Notes: generated by a model from the sequence alone, not told the origin. DNA of 64,000 nucleotides from a bacterium (GCA_021821305.1 JAKACP010000001.1:468349-532348), one strand, 5' to 3'. Counted from the first letter of the stretch, positions 48,609 through 60,163 are shown. Translations and numbers: made by a program.

Positions 48609-48765
48609 GGTTATCTCCTTCTTTCAGATTGAAAGGTTCGCGCGTCTGCGCAAGGAGATACCCCGGAAATCCGGGGAACAGGCAGACACACGACAGAGAC
48701 CCTCGCGGGCGCTTTTGTGAACGTACTCAACTTGCCATTATACTCCGAAATGGCTTTTTTGTCAA
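48609..48765 (-). promoter_or_regulatory. consensus promoter (TTGACA-17-TATAAT) plus structured 5-prime leader, copy B
   Basis: Minus strand: TTGACA (48760-48765), 17-nt spacer, TATAAT (48737-48742). Leader 48611-48712 is identical to copy A. Confidence 0.55.
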
Positions 48766-48916
48766 GATACCGGGGTAATCCGGATATCGTTGTCGAAAAT
48801 CCAAAAAAACGTTTCATTTTTGCCCCTCCTTCTGAAAAAAGGCTTTTCAGAGATTTCGATGCCTTCAGTATAGCATGAAAATGGCTTGTAAAAAACCCTG
48901 TCCGGACACCGAAACA

Positions 48917-48944
48917 TTGACAAAAATCGGAAAACCCGTAGAAT
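48917..48944 (+). promoter_or_regulatory. sigma-70-like promoter for rplU (TTGACA-16-TAGAAT)
   Basis: TTGACA 48917-48922, 16-nt spacer, TAGAAT 48939-48944. Confidence 0.5.
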
Positions 48945-48976
48945 GGGGAATGTTACTTCTTTTTGATGGCATCCTT

Positions 48977-49288
48977 ATGTTCGCAGTGATCAAGACCGGC
49001 GGGAAACAGTACCTCGTATCCGCCGGAACCAAGGTAAAGGTCGAGAAGCTTGAGGGGGAGATCGGCTCCAAACTCTCGTTCGAGACGCTCTATGTCGGCG
49101 ATGAGAAGACCGCCGCTGTCGGTACGCCGCTCGTGTCGGGCGCCGTCGTGGAGGGAAAGATCGTCGACCAGGACCGGCACGACAAGGTCGTCGGTATCAA
49201 ATACAAGCCGAAGAAGCGCTACAAGATGAAATTCGGCCATCGTCAGGCGTATACCGAGGTCGAGATCACCAAGGTGTCGGCGAAATAG
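48977..49288 (+). CDS. rplU: 50S ribosomal protein L21
   Basis: MFAVIKTGGKQYLVSAGTKVKVEKL…KYKPKKRYKMKFGHRQAYTEVEI is the canonical L21. The listed ORF 48875 is an N-terminal extension. Confidence 0.85.
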   Translation: MFAVIKTGGKQYLVSAGTKVKVEKLEGEIGSKLSFETLYVGDEKTAAVGTPLVSGAVVEGKIVDQDRHDKVVGIKYKPKKRYKMKFGHRQAYTEVEITKVSAK

Positions 49289-49305
49289 CTTCCTGCGGAC
49301 AAATG

Positions 49306-49342
49306 AAAACCGCCCATCATTATGACTGGGCGGTTTTTTGTC
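49306..49342. terminator. bidirectional rho-independent terminator after rplU (and after minus-strand gene Y1)
   Basis: aaaa-accgccca-tcattatgac-tgggcggt-tttttg. Confidence 0.55.
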
Positions 49343-49343
49343 G

Positions 49344-49679
49344 CTATGCTTTGGCAAGCACCAGCGGTTCGCTGGAAAGTTCCTTGTAGAAGAAAAGGAT
49401 GATCGAAAATTGTGTGGATTCGCGTTCGGAGGGGAAGAACCCTTTGATGAAGACGTCTTTCCCGTGCCACATGTTCAATGTGGTGATGCCGAGGTGGTAC
49501 TTCGCATTTTGCAGGAACGTTCCGTACGACGAGGTGTATCCGCCGAACTTGCACGGAACCTTGTCTTTCGGATCCTGCTCCGAGGCATTCGCCTGGTTCA
49601 GATAGTGCTGCCTGAGGCTCTCGATGATCGTATCGAGATCGTCATCGGGGCAGGTCCATTCGATGATAGGTCGGTTCAT
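49344..49679 (-). CDS. hypothetical protein Y1 (111 aa)
   Basis: MNRPIIEWTCPDDDLDTIIESLRQHYLNQ…KYHLGITTLNMWHGKDVF… 12 nt downstream of Y2; same orientation. Confidence 0.5.
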   Translation of the reverse strand: MNRPIIEWTCPDDDLDTIIESLRQHYLNQANASEQDPKDKVPCKFGGYTSSYGTFLQNAKYHLGITTLNMWHGKDVFIKGFFPSERESTQFSIILFFYKELSSEPLVLAKA

Positions 49680-49691
49680 GAGATGTCCCTT

Positions 49692-50030
49692 TCATTCGAC
49701 TACGAACACGTGAATCTGGCCGCGAAACGCTTCGCACGGGGCTTCCCCATACTGCCCGCTTCCGGTGGCAGATATCTCGCCACGCCATTCGGGTCCGAAA
49801 TACGGATCCACGACGCGATCGATCTCGACCCGGCCCTCGAAGTCCTTGAGTTCCGGGCCGGCCTCGCGGGGCGGATCCCATTTTCCGGTCAATGCGACCT
49901 GGAAATCCTGCAACGGAATATTGGCCCGATCGGCCACCCTTGCGGCGATGAAGCGTTTGGTTACATCGGAAAAATCCTGACGGGTCACGTAATGGCCCCC
50001 GAGTGAAATCGAAAAGTCTTCGCGTTCCAT
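49692..50030 (-). CDS. hypothetical protein Y2 (112 aa)
   Basis: MEREDFSISLGGHYVTRQDFSDVTKRFIAARVADRANIP… SD aaaaggaggg. Driven by the consensus promoter located in the recR 3-prime end. Confidence 0.5.
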   Translation of the reverse strand: MEREDFSISLGGHYVTRQDFSDVTKRFIAARVADRANIPLQDFQVALTGKWDPPREAGPELKDFEGRVEIDRVVDPYFGPEWRGEISATGSGQYGEAPCEAFRGQIHVFVVE

Positions 50031-50083
50031 GGCTGTACCCTCCTTTTCTCCTCAAAATGTGAACGAACTTCAAAACTGCGTAT

Positions 50084-50111
50084 ATTATACCAGTTTCTCA
50101 CGATTTGTCAA
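50084..50111 (-). promoter_or_regulatory. consensus sigma-70 promoter (TTGACA-16-TATAAT) on minus strand, embedded in the last codons of recR, driving Y2-Y1
   Basis: Minus strand: TTGACA (50106-50111), 16-nt spacer, TATAAT (50084-50089). Confidence 0.5.
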
Positions 50112-50678
50112 TGCTGACTTGAGCGTCATCTCGTCGGCGTATTCGATATCGCCGCCGGTCGCGAGTCCGCGTGCGAGCCGGGAAACGCGTACGCCGAGCG
50201 GTTCGAGCTTCTTTTTCAGGTAAAGGGCGGTCAGATCTCCTTCGGTGGTCGGGTTGAGCGCGAGAATCACCTCCTCGACATGCTCCTCGCCGATGCGGTT
50301 CTGGAGCTCGGGGATGCGCAAGGCGGTACCGCCGTCGCCTCCTGCCTGCATGACTCCGCCCAGGCAGTGATAGCGCCCGTGGAAACTCGCCGACCGCTCG
50401 AGGGCGATCACGTCCATGGGTTCCTCGACGACGCAGAGGATCGACGTATCGCGCTTGGGATCCTCGCAGATGTCGCAGTATTCTCCCTCGGATATGTGGA
50501 AACAGCGGGAGCAGAACGAGAGGTTCTTCAGCTCCTCGAGGCTTTCGGCGAAAGCGAGCAGTTTCGCGTCTTCCTGTTTGAAGAGGTAGAGCACGATGCG
50601 CTCGGCCATCTTCGGTCCGACGGACGGAAGGGCCGCGAAATGCGATATCAGGTTCTGGAACGATTTTGGATACCTCAT
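50085..50678 (-). CDS. recR: recombination protein RecR
   Basis: C4 zinc finger (CSRCFHISEGEYCDIC), Toprim domain, Walker-B-like region. ATG at 50678; the listed ORF extends into the repeat. Confidence 0.9.
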   Translation of the reverse strand: MRYPKSFQNLISHFAALPSVGPKMAERIVLYLFKQEDAKLLAFAESLEELKNLSFCSRCFHISEGEYCDICEDPKRDTSILCVVEEPMDVIALERSASFHGRYHCLGGVMQAGGDGGTALRIPELQNRIGEEHVEEVILALNPTTEGDLTALYLKKKLEPLGVRVSRLARGLATGGDIEYADEMTLKSALTNREKLV

Positions 50679-50689
50679 ACTGAAAACAC

Positions 50690-50820
50690 GATATTCAAAA
50701 CACAAAAAGCCAAACAAAACACAGTCATCAAAGCACAAACGATTTCTTTTTTGTGCTTCTTAACCTTATGTTTTGTGCTTTGTTTGGTATTTTGTGCATC
50801 TGTCTTTTGTGTTTTCCGAA
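50690..50820. repeat. AC-rich/GT-rich imperfect inverted-repeat element, copy B (between dnaB and recR)
   Basis: caaaacacaaaaagccaaacaaaacac is identical to copy A. Followed by GT-rich arm (ttttttgtgctt…gttttgtgctttgtttggtattttgtgcatctgtcttttgtgtttt). Fills the whole dnaB-recR spacer. Confidence 0.55.
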
Positions 50821-50821
50821 A

Positions 50822-52186
50822 TTACATTTCGGAATGGACCCTCTCGAGATTGCGGAAGGTGGTCGAATTCTCGTCGAAGTAGAGGGAGACCTTGCCGACG
50901 GGGCCGTTGCGGTGCTTGGCGATGATGACGTCGGCGATGTTCTTGTTCGGGGTATCCGGTTTCACGCGGTCTTCGCGGTAGAGGAAGAGCACGACGTCGG
51001 CGTCCTGTTCGATGGAACCGGATTCACGGAGGTCGGAGAGCTTCGGTATCTGGTCGGGCCGCGATTCGACGGCGCGGGAGAGCTGGGAGAGCGCGATGAC
51101 CGGGACATTGAGCTCCTTGGCGAGCTGTTTGAGACCGCGGGAGATCTCGGAGATCTCCTGGACGCGGTTGTCGCCGCCGCGGGAGCGTCCTTCCATGAGC
51201 TGGAGGTAGTCGATGATGATGAGGCCGAGCTTGTGCTCCGACTGCAGACGCCGCGCCATGGTGCGCATTTCCATGATATTGGCGGACGAGGTGTCGTCGA
51301 TGAAGATCGGGGCCTCGGAAAGGACGCCGATCGCTTCGCCGATCTTCTGGAAGTCGTTGCCTTCGCCCTCGGTCTGGAGCTTGCCGGTGCGCAGGCGCCA
51401 CAGATCGACGCCGGACTGTGCGGCGATCATACGGTCGACGAGCTGATCCGAGGACATTTCGAGCGAGAAGATGCCGACCGGCACCTTGGAGTGGACACCG
51501 ACCTGCCGCGCGATGTCGAGGGCGAAGGTCGTCTTACCGACCGACGGACGGGCCGCGAGGATGATGAGGTCGGAGTTCTGGAGTCCCGAGAGGACGTTGT
51601 CGAGGTCGGTATAGGTGGTGGGGACGCCGCGGAAGGACTTGTCGCTCTTGTGGAGCTCGTCGATGCGGTTGAACGCGTCCTCGAGGATGGAACGGATCGG
51701 GATGAAGTCCTGCTTGAGGTACTTCTGGCTGACGCCGAAGAGACGCTGTTCCGCGTCGTCGAGGACCTTCTGGACGTCGTCTTCCTCGTTGAACCCCATC
51801 TCGACGATCTCCGAGGCCGCCGTGATGAGTCGGCGGAGGAGGGATTTCTTCTGGACGACCTTGGCGTAGTGCGCGACGTTGGACGCGGAGGGGACGGTAT
51901 TGACGAGCGAGGCGAGGTAGCCCGAGCCGCCGACGGAGTCGAGCTTGCCTTTTTCCTCGAGTTTGTTCGCGAGCGAGAGGACGTCGATCGGATCGCGGTC
52001 CTCGTAGAGCTCGAACATCGACTCGTAGATCAGGTTGTGGTCTCCCTTGTAGAAATCACCGGGGCGGACGAGGTCGGCGACCTTGATGATGGCGTCCTTG
52101 TCCAGCATCAAAGAGCCGAGCACCGACTGCTCGGCTTCGATATTGTGCGGCGGGACGCGGAGGTGTTCGGTGTTCTTGGTAGCCAT
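50822..52186 (-). CDS. dnaB: replicative DNA helicase DnaB
   Basis: N-terminal PPHNIEAEQSVLGSLMLD and RecA-like core (AARPSVGKTTFALDIA Walker A, LIIIDYLQLM Walker B). Confidence 0.95.
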   Translation of the reverse strand: MATKNTEHLRVPPHNIEAEQSVLGSLMLDKDAIIKVADLVRPGDFYKGDHNLIYESMFELYEDRDPIDVLSLANKLEEKGKLDSVGGSGYLASLVNTVPSASNVAHYAKVVQKKSLLRRLITAASEIVEMGFNEEDDVQKVLDDAEQRLFGVSQKYLKQDFIPIRSILEDAFNRIDELHKSDKSFRGVPTTYTDLDNVLSGLQNSDLIILAARPSVGKTTFALDIARQVGVHSKVPVGIFSLEMSSDQLVDRMIAAQSGVDLWRLRTGKLQTEGEGNDFQKIGEAIGVLSEAPIFIDDTSSANIMEMRTMARRLQSEHKLGLIIIDYLQLMEGRSRGGDNRVQEISEISRGLKQLAKELNVPVIALSQLSRAVESRPDQIPKLSDLRESGSIEQDADVVLFLYREDRVKPDTPNKNIADVIIAKHRNGPVGKVSLYFDENSTTFRNLERVHSEM

Positions 52187-52312
52187 GGGAGCCTGTCTTG
52201 AGTGAATCTCATTCTAGCACCATTTCCCGGAAACGGAAACACTGGACAAACGGCGGGAAATAGGGTATATTGTGACGATGTGTCCCTTATCAACCGGAAC
52301 GGAGGATGTGCC

Positions 52313-52681
52313 ATGGCAGTGGAAAATGTCAAGAATCTCGAGAAGTTCTTCGCCAAAAAAATCGATGGAATCGATCTCGAGGGAGAAAACTGCATTCAGG
52401 AATTCTGGGAGTGGTATCGCGGAAACGACGTACGACTGCTTCTCCCGCCGTATATCAATTTCCGAAAAAAGACCCTGAACGCGATCTTCATCCCGCTCAA
52501 GGACGTGCGGAGAGCGGTCTTCCAGGCGAAGAGCCGCGAGAAGGTGCGGGAAAAAGTCGAGAAGTGGAAAAAGACGGAATGCGGAAAAAAATCCTGCATC
52601 CATGACGAGTGGTACGCGTCGTTTCCCTCGGACCTTTCTGCCGATGAACATATCTTCGTCGCCACCGTCTTTTACGAATAG
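52313..52681 (+). CDS. hypothetical protein (122 aa), divergent from dnaB
   Basis: SD ggagg 7 nt upstream of ATG. MAVENVKNLEKFFAKKIDGIDLEGENCIQEFWEWYRGNDVRLLLPPYINF… GC about 52 percent. Confidence 0.45.
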   Translation: MAVENVKNLEKFFAKKIDGIDLEGENCIQEFWEWYRGNDVRLLLPPYINFRKKTLNAIFIPLKDVRRAVFQAKSREKVREKVEKWKKTECGKKSCIHDEWYASFPSDLSADEHIFVATVFYE

Positions 52682-52725
52682 CGAGGCGTAGCGGCATCAC
52701 GAGCCGGAGAATAACACTCCGGCTT

Positions 52726-54129
<1,404 letters not shown>

Positions 54130-54217
54130 AGGCAGGAAGCACTGAACATATATCATGATACCAAACAAAGCAAAAGAGGGATACCTCCCTCTTTTTTCCG
54201 GTATCCGTCGGCGGTGC

Positions 54218-55126
54218 CTAGAACCACTGTTTCCACCTGAAGACCGTGACGGTGAAGGCGGCGATGACGAGCATGAACCCGAAATGGATCCAGAACGCCA
54301 GCGGATGGCTGCCGAACGGGATCGACGCGCTCATCGCGAGCATGTTGGTATACACCGTCATCGGAAGGAGCACCGCCGAGAAGATCGTGAGGACCTTCAT
54401 GGTCATGTCGAGCTTGTTCGAGAGGAGGGAGTTGTTGGTCGCCTCGAGCGCCTCGACGGTCTCCTTGGCGCTCTCGAGGATGTTCCAGATGCGGATGTTG
54501 GTACCGATGAGGTCCTGGAAGTACATCTTGAGTTCGTGGGGGATGAGCGGATGCTCCTTCTGCGCGAGGGAATCGAGGATGGAACGCTGGGGCTTGAGCG
54601 TCCGGCGGAAGTTGAGGATATCGCGCTTCACGATCGAGATCTCGAGCACCATTTCCTTCTCATGCTCGGAGAACACCTGGGTCTCGATATAGTCGAGGTT
54701 CTCGGTGATGTGGTTGAGCTTGGGGAAACAGGAGTTGAGGAGGATCTCCAGGATATGGTAGAGGAGGTCGGCCGGCGTCTTGCCGAAATAGACCCGGCGC
54801 TTGCCCTCGCTCGCGCTCAGCTGTTCGAAGAACTTGTCGAGCTGGTAGATGGCGTGCCGGTGCGAAGTGATGAGGTAATCCTTGGTGAGGATGATATCGA
54901 GTTCGCCCGGATACGTGGTCCGCATCGCTACGTCGAAGAGGGGGATGTGCACGGACAGGAACAGACAGCCGTCGTACTGGACGACTTTGGGCTGGTAGGT
55001 CGGCGTGACGAGCTCCTCGATCGCGAGCGGATGGATGTCGAAGTTCTCCTGGAGGTACGTGATGTCGCTTTGCTGGGGATCCCGGAAATCGATCCAGGTG
55101 AACTTCTTTTCCTTGATGATATTCAT
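54218..55126 (-). CDS. corA: CorA-family divalent cation transporter
   Basis: About 300 aa with N-terminal soluble domain (MNIIKEKKFTWIDFRDPQQSDITYLQ…) and two C-terminal TMs carrying a variant loop motif (YTNMLAM in place of YGMNF). Start chosen at 55126. Confidence 0.75.
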   Translation of the reverse strand: MNIIKEKKFTWIDFRDPQQSDITYLQENFDIHPLAIEELVTPTYQPKVVQYDGCLFLSVHIPLFDVAMRTTYPGELDIILTKDYLITSHRHAIYQLDKFFEQLSASEGKRRVYFGKTPADLLYHILEILLNSCFPKLNHITENLDYIETQVFSEHEKEMVLEISIVKRDILNFRRTLKPQRSILDSLAQKEHPLIPHELKMYFQDLIGTNIRIWNILESAKETVEALEATNNSLLSNKLDMTMKVLTIFSAVLLPMTVYTNMLAMSASIPFGSHPLAFWIHFGFMLVIAAFTVTVFRWKQWF

Positions 55127-55219
55127 GATGTGCGGAGTTTGTTGTTTGTTGCCGTGTCGACCGCATCGTAGCATATTTTCCGATTGACAGGAAGCCCGAA
55201 AAGAGGTATCGTATATCCC

Positions 55220-55462
55220 ATGCTCAAGCGAATACTCCTTTTGACGATACGCGCGTATCAGAAGACATTGTCTTTCGATCATGGCATCGTCGGAATGATA
55301 TCCGGTGAGCGTTTCTGTCGGTTCCATCCGAGTTGCAGTCAGTACACGTACGAGGCGGTGGATCGTCTCGGTATCGTGCGCGGGCTCTGGCTCGGGTTCC
55401 GGCGCATCATCCGGTGTCATCCCTGGAATCCCGGGGGCTATGATCCGGTACCGAAGCGGTAG
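55220..55462 (+). CDS. yidD: membrane protein insertion efficiency factor YidD
   Basis: YQKTLS…[15 protein letters not shown]…[28 protein letters not shown] is the YidD signature. Alternative start at 55184. Confidence 0.75.
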   Translation: MLKRILLLTIRAYQKTLSFDHGIVGMISGERFCRFHPSCSQYTYEAVDRLGIVRGLWLGFRRIIRCHPWNPGGYDPVPKR

Positions 55463-55496
55463 CAGTCCATTCACAACATCATACAAGGAGCAGAAA

Positions 55497-55781
55497 TTGT
55501 CACAGAACGCATCGAATCAGCCGTTGTATTGCGGGCTCCTCGAACCGGCGAAAGGGCCGCTCGAGGTAGTCGTCTGTCCCAGAGCCTCCCTTCGTTCCGT
55601 CGCCCGATGTTCCGTCGAAGTCTCGATCAGGACCGTCGCCAACTTCTACGACGAGGAGAGTCTCACCTGTCAGGAATGCCAGCACAGGAAGATCTGCGAC
55701 GTGGCGGCGCCCCGTGTCAGGGACATCAGGGCATCGCAGGATCGGATCATTCCGGAAGTATCCGCCACGCACTCCGCGTGA
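55497..55781 (+). CDS. small Cys-rich hypothetical protein, paralog 1 (putative TTG start)
   Basis: No in-frame ATG/GTG; TTG at 55497 sits 6 nt after AAGGAG. …VVVCPRASLRSVARCSVEVSIRTVANFYDEESLTCQECQHRKICD parallels the downstream gene. Confidence 0.35.
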   Translation: MSQNASNQPLYCGLLEPAKGPLEVVVCPRASLRSVARCSVEVSIRTVANFYDEESLTCQECQHRKICDVAAPRVRDIRASQDRIIPEVSATHSA

Positions 55782-55821
55782 AATGATGTCCGGGACCACC
55801 AAATGGAAAAGGAGAGAAGAC

Positions 55822-56115
55822 ATGTTCACCGATTCACGGAGAAAAGACCAGCGCCCGCAGGCCGGGTTCGCGGCGGTAGTCGTATGTCCGCGTATCGCGG
55901 ATGCCGCACTGCACAACAAGTCCGTCGTCATCTGTATCAGCACCGAAAGTACCACGCATATCTACAACGATGACAGCAAGATATGTTTGGAGTGTCAGAA
56001 TCGATCCGCCTGCAAGGGGAGGGTCGACCGAATGAAAGAGGCCAAGGAGGCCGAACGTCCCCCACGGGAGAGAGTTCCCTTATCGATGGCCGAGGCCCAA
56101 CGTATGCCCATGTAG
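55822..56115 (+). CDS. small Cys-rich hypothetical protein, paralog 2
   Basis: SD aaggag then ATG. …AVVVCPRIADAALHNKSVVICISTESTTHIYNDDSKICLECQNRSACKG shares the VVVCPR…C.EC…C pattern (zinc-ribbon-like). Confidence 0.5.
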   Translation: MFTDSRRKDQRPQAGFAAVVVCPRIADAALHNKSVVICISTESTTHIYNDDSKICLECQNRSACKGRVDRMKEAKEAERPPRERVPLSMAEAQRMPM

Positions 56116-56193
56116 TCCGAAGCAAGGCCGGAAATCGGTTTTTACCGTTCAAAACCCTGAATAATTCAGGGTTTTTTCTTTTTCCCGCGCACG

Positions 56194-56220
56194 CTGGCAC
56201 TCAGTCTTGACGAGTGCCAA
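56194..56220 (+). promoter_or_regulatory. CIRCE operator (HrcA binding site) CTGGCACTC-N9-GAGTGCCAA
   Basis: Matches the CIRCE consensus TTAGCACTC-N9-GAGTGCTAA in the core GCACTC-N9-GAGTGC. Immediately upstream of hrcA and overlapping its promoter. Confidence 0.7.
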
Positions 56221-56235
56221 ACATATATCTATACT
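56207..56235 (+). promoter_or_regulatory. sigma-70 promoter of the hrcA-grpE-hsp20-dnaK operon (TTGACG-17-TATACT) overlapping CIRCE
   Basis: TTGACG 56207-56212 (inside the CIRCE spacer), 17-nt spacer, TATACT 56230-56235; hrcA ATG at 56242. Confidence 0.55.
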
Positions 56236-56241
56236 GGATAT

Positions 56242-56976
56242 ATGAATACGAGACAGCAACAGATACTCGCCGGCGTCGTCGAGCTCTATACCGAGACGGC
56301 CGTCCCGGTCGGTTCGCATGCCCTCCTCGAGCAGGGGCGGTTCGACGTCTCTCCGGCGACGATCCGCAGCGACATGGCGACCCTCGAAAAGGAAGGCTAC
56401 CTCTATCAGCCGCATACGAGCGCCGGGCGGATCCCGACGGACCTCGGGTACCGCTTCTATGTCGAGGAGATCATGTCCGACGAGGAGCTCTCGCTCGCGG
56501 ATCAGAAGAAGCTCAAGCATGAGCTCCTCACTCTCCGTGCCAAGCAGGCCCGCCTCTCGCGGAGCACGGCCAAGCTCCTCTCGGCGCTTTCCGGCAACCT
56601 CGTCATCACCGGCATGATCGGCAAGGACGAGCTCCACGATTTCGGGATGAAGGAACTCCTCGACAAGCCCGAGTTCCAGGAGCTCGATGAGTTCTGCCGC
56701 CTCGTCGAAGCCCTCGACTCGCTCGACGAGCGCTTCGACGCGATATTGAAACAGGTCAAGGACGGAGAAACACATATCTTCATCGGTTCGGAGAATCCCA
56801 TCAAGGGGATCGGCAACTGCTCGATGGTGGTCGCGCCGTATGAATCCAAGGAAGGCAAGGGCATCCTCGCCATCATCGGCCCCAAGCGCATGCAGTATGC
56901 CAAGAACAAATCCCTCCTCGAACATATGAGGAAACTCCTCGGCTCGTCGCTCGTCCTCATCGTCGTCTTATCCTAA
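56242..56976 (+). CDS. hrcA: heat-inducible transcription repressor HrcA (short form)
   Basis: MNTRQQQILAGVVELYTETAVPVGSHAL…ATIRSDMATLEKEGYL winged-helix N-terminus; CIRCE upstream. Confidence 0.9.
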   Translation: MNTRQQQILAGVVELYTETAVPVGSHALLEQGRFDVSPATIRSDMATLEKEGYLYQPHTSAGRIPTDLGYRFYVEEIMSDEELSLADQKKLKHELLTLRAKQARLSRSTAKLLSALSGNLVITGMIGKDELHDFGMKELLDKPEFQELDEFCRLVEALDSLDERFDAILKQVKDGETHIFIGSENPIKGIGNCSMVVAPYESKEGKGILAIIGPKRMQYAKNKSLLEHMRKLLGSSLVLIVVLS

Positions 56977-56987
56977 CCGAAACCCCT

Positions 56988-57557
56988 ATGAAAAAAGAAA
57001 AGAAACAGGCGAATCCCGAGAAAGATGAGATCCTGGAAGAGAATGGAGAGCCTACCGAAAGCGAGGCGGCTATCGCCGAAAAGACCTCCGAAGAACTCGT
57101 CGTCGAATACCTCGACGGATGGAAGCGATGCCAGGCGGAATTCGAGAACTACAAGAAACGCCAGGCGGAATCGCAGAAGGAGCTCGGCGGGTATCTGATA
57201 GAGAAACTGCTCTTCGATATCATTCCGGTCCTCGACAATTTCCGGATGGCGACGGGACATGTGCCCAAGGAAGCGGAAGGAAGTCCCTGGGTCACCGGTA
57301 TACAATATATAGAGAAACAATTGGAAGACGCCCTCCGGGCCCACGGCGTCGAGGTGATAGAGGTCAAGGAAGGGGACGCGTTCGACCCCAATATCCACGA
57401 AGCCATAGACAGTCAACAGCCGACAGAGAACAGTCAGCAGGAAGCCGAAGAAAAAGAAAGCGAAGAGAAGAAAGAGGTCGTCGCGAAGGTATTACAGAAC
57501 GGATACAAGATAGGCGGCCGGGTCGTCAGGCCGGCGAAAGTGACGGTAAAATCCTAG
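56988..57557 (+). CDS. grpE: nucleotide exchange factor GrpE
   Basis: …WKRCQAEFENYKKRQAESQKE…IIPVLDNF… is the GrpE coiled-coil/four-helix signature. Confidence 0.9.
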   Translation: MKKEKKQANPEKDEILEENGEPTESEAAIAEKTSEELVVEYLDGWKRCQAEFENYKKRQAESQKELGGYLIEKLLFDIIPVLDNFRMATGHVPKEAEGSPWVTGIQYIEKQLEDALRAHGVEVIEVKEGDAFDPNIHEAIDSQQPTENSQQEAEEKESEEKKEVVAKVLQNGYKIGGRVVRPAKVTVKS

Positions 57558-57647
57558 AAGGTTGTCGGGTCGGTTCCGCCAAGTAAGTATTCGTCCGCCA
57601 GAGCGTATTATTAATGGGTGAAGAATAACCATTGAACTGGAAAGGAG

Positions 57648-58100
57648 GTGAGTGATATGCGAAACATCATTTCTCTTGAGCCGTTCCTTCCGTCGCTTCG
57701 CGATTTCGATCGCCTTATGAACGACGGGATCGCGACGGGCGACTTTGTCCCGGCGGTGGATATCTTCCAGGACAGGGATAATCTCGTCGTCGAGATGGCC
57801 GCGCCGAGGATCGATCCGGATAAGGTCGAAATCTCGGTCGAGTACGATGTCCTGACCATCTCCGGCCGCACGGCGTCGAAACAGGAGGTGAAGCGCGAGG
57901 ATTACTATCGCAAAGAGGTCCGTGAGGGCGGTTTCTCCCGATCGCTCATCCTCCCGATGCCCGTAAGGGGCGACAAGGCGGAAGCGACCTACGAGAACGG
58001 GACGCTGCGCGTCGTTCTTCCGAAGCGGGAAGAAGTGAAGCCGAAACGGATCGCGATCAAGGTGTCCGCGCCGCCGAAAAAACTGGCGGTCAAGAAGTAA
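57648..58100 (+). CDS. Hsp20/alpha-crystallin family small heat shock protein
   Basis: [40 protein letters not shown]…[11 protein letters not shown] is the ACD domain. Confidence 0.85.
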   Translation: MSDMRNIISLEPFLPSLRDFDRLMNDGIATGDFVPAVDIFQDRDNLVVEMAAPRIDPDKVEISVEYDVLTISGRTASKQEVKREDYYRKEVREGGFSRSLILPMPVRGDKAEATYENGTLRVVLPKREEVKPKRIAIKVSAPPKKLAVKK

Positions 58101-58216
58101 GCTGTCATTCCGAGCGAGAGCGAGGAAAGAGGTTCCTTGCTCCGCTCGGGATAACATCCGAAAAACAAGATGACGCAGTGCCACATCATAATAATAACCA
58201 AGTAAATGTATACAAT

Positions 58217-60163
<1,947 letters not shown>

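Noticed and set aside
47752-48778. Plus-strand ORFs 47752-48045, 47967-48380 and 48416-48778 encoding near-identical peptides (…SFRLKGSRVCARRYPGNPGNRQTHDRDPRGRFCE…)
   Set aside because: They are translations of the duplicated promoter/leader cassette and of the antisense strand of X2. The identity is a DNA-repeat artefact, not a protein family.
55127-55219. Looked for an M-box (Mg) riboswitch upstream of corA, T-box upstream of alaS/cysS, and preQ1 element upstream of queA
   Set aside because: Spacers are only about 45-90 nt and show none of the conserved cores. No support.
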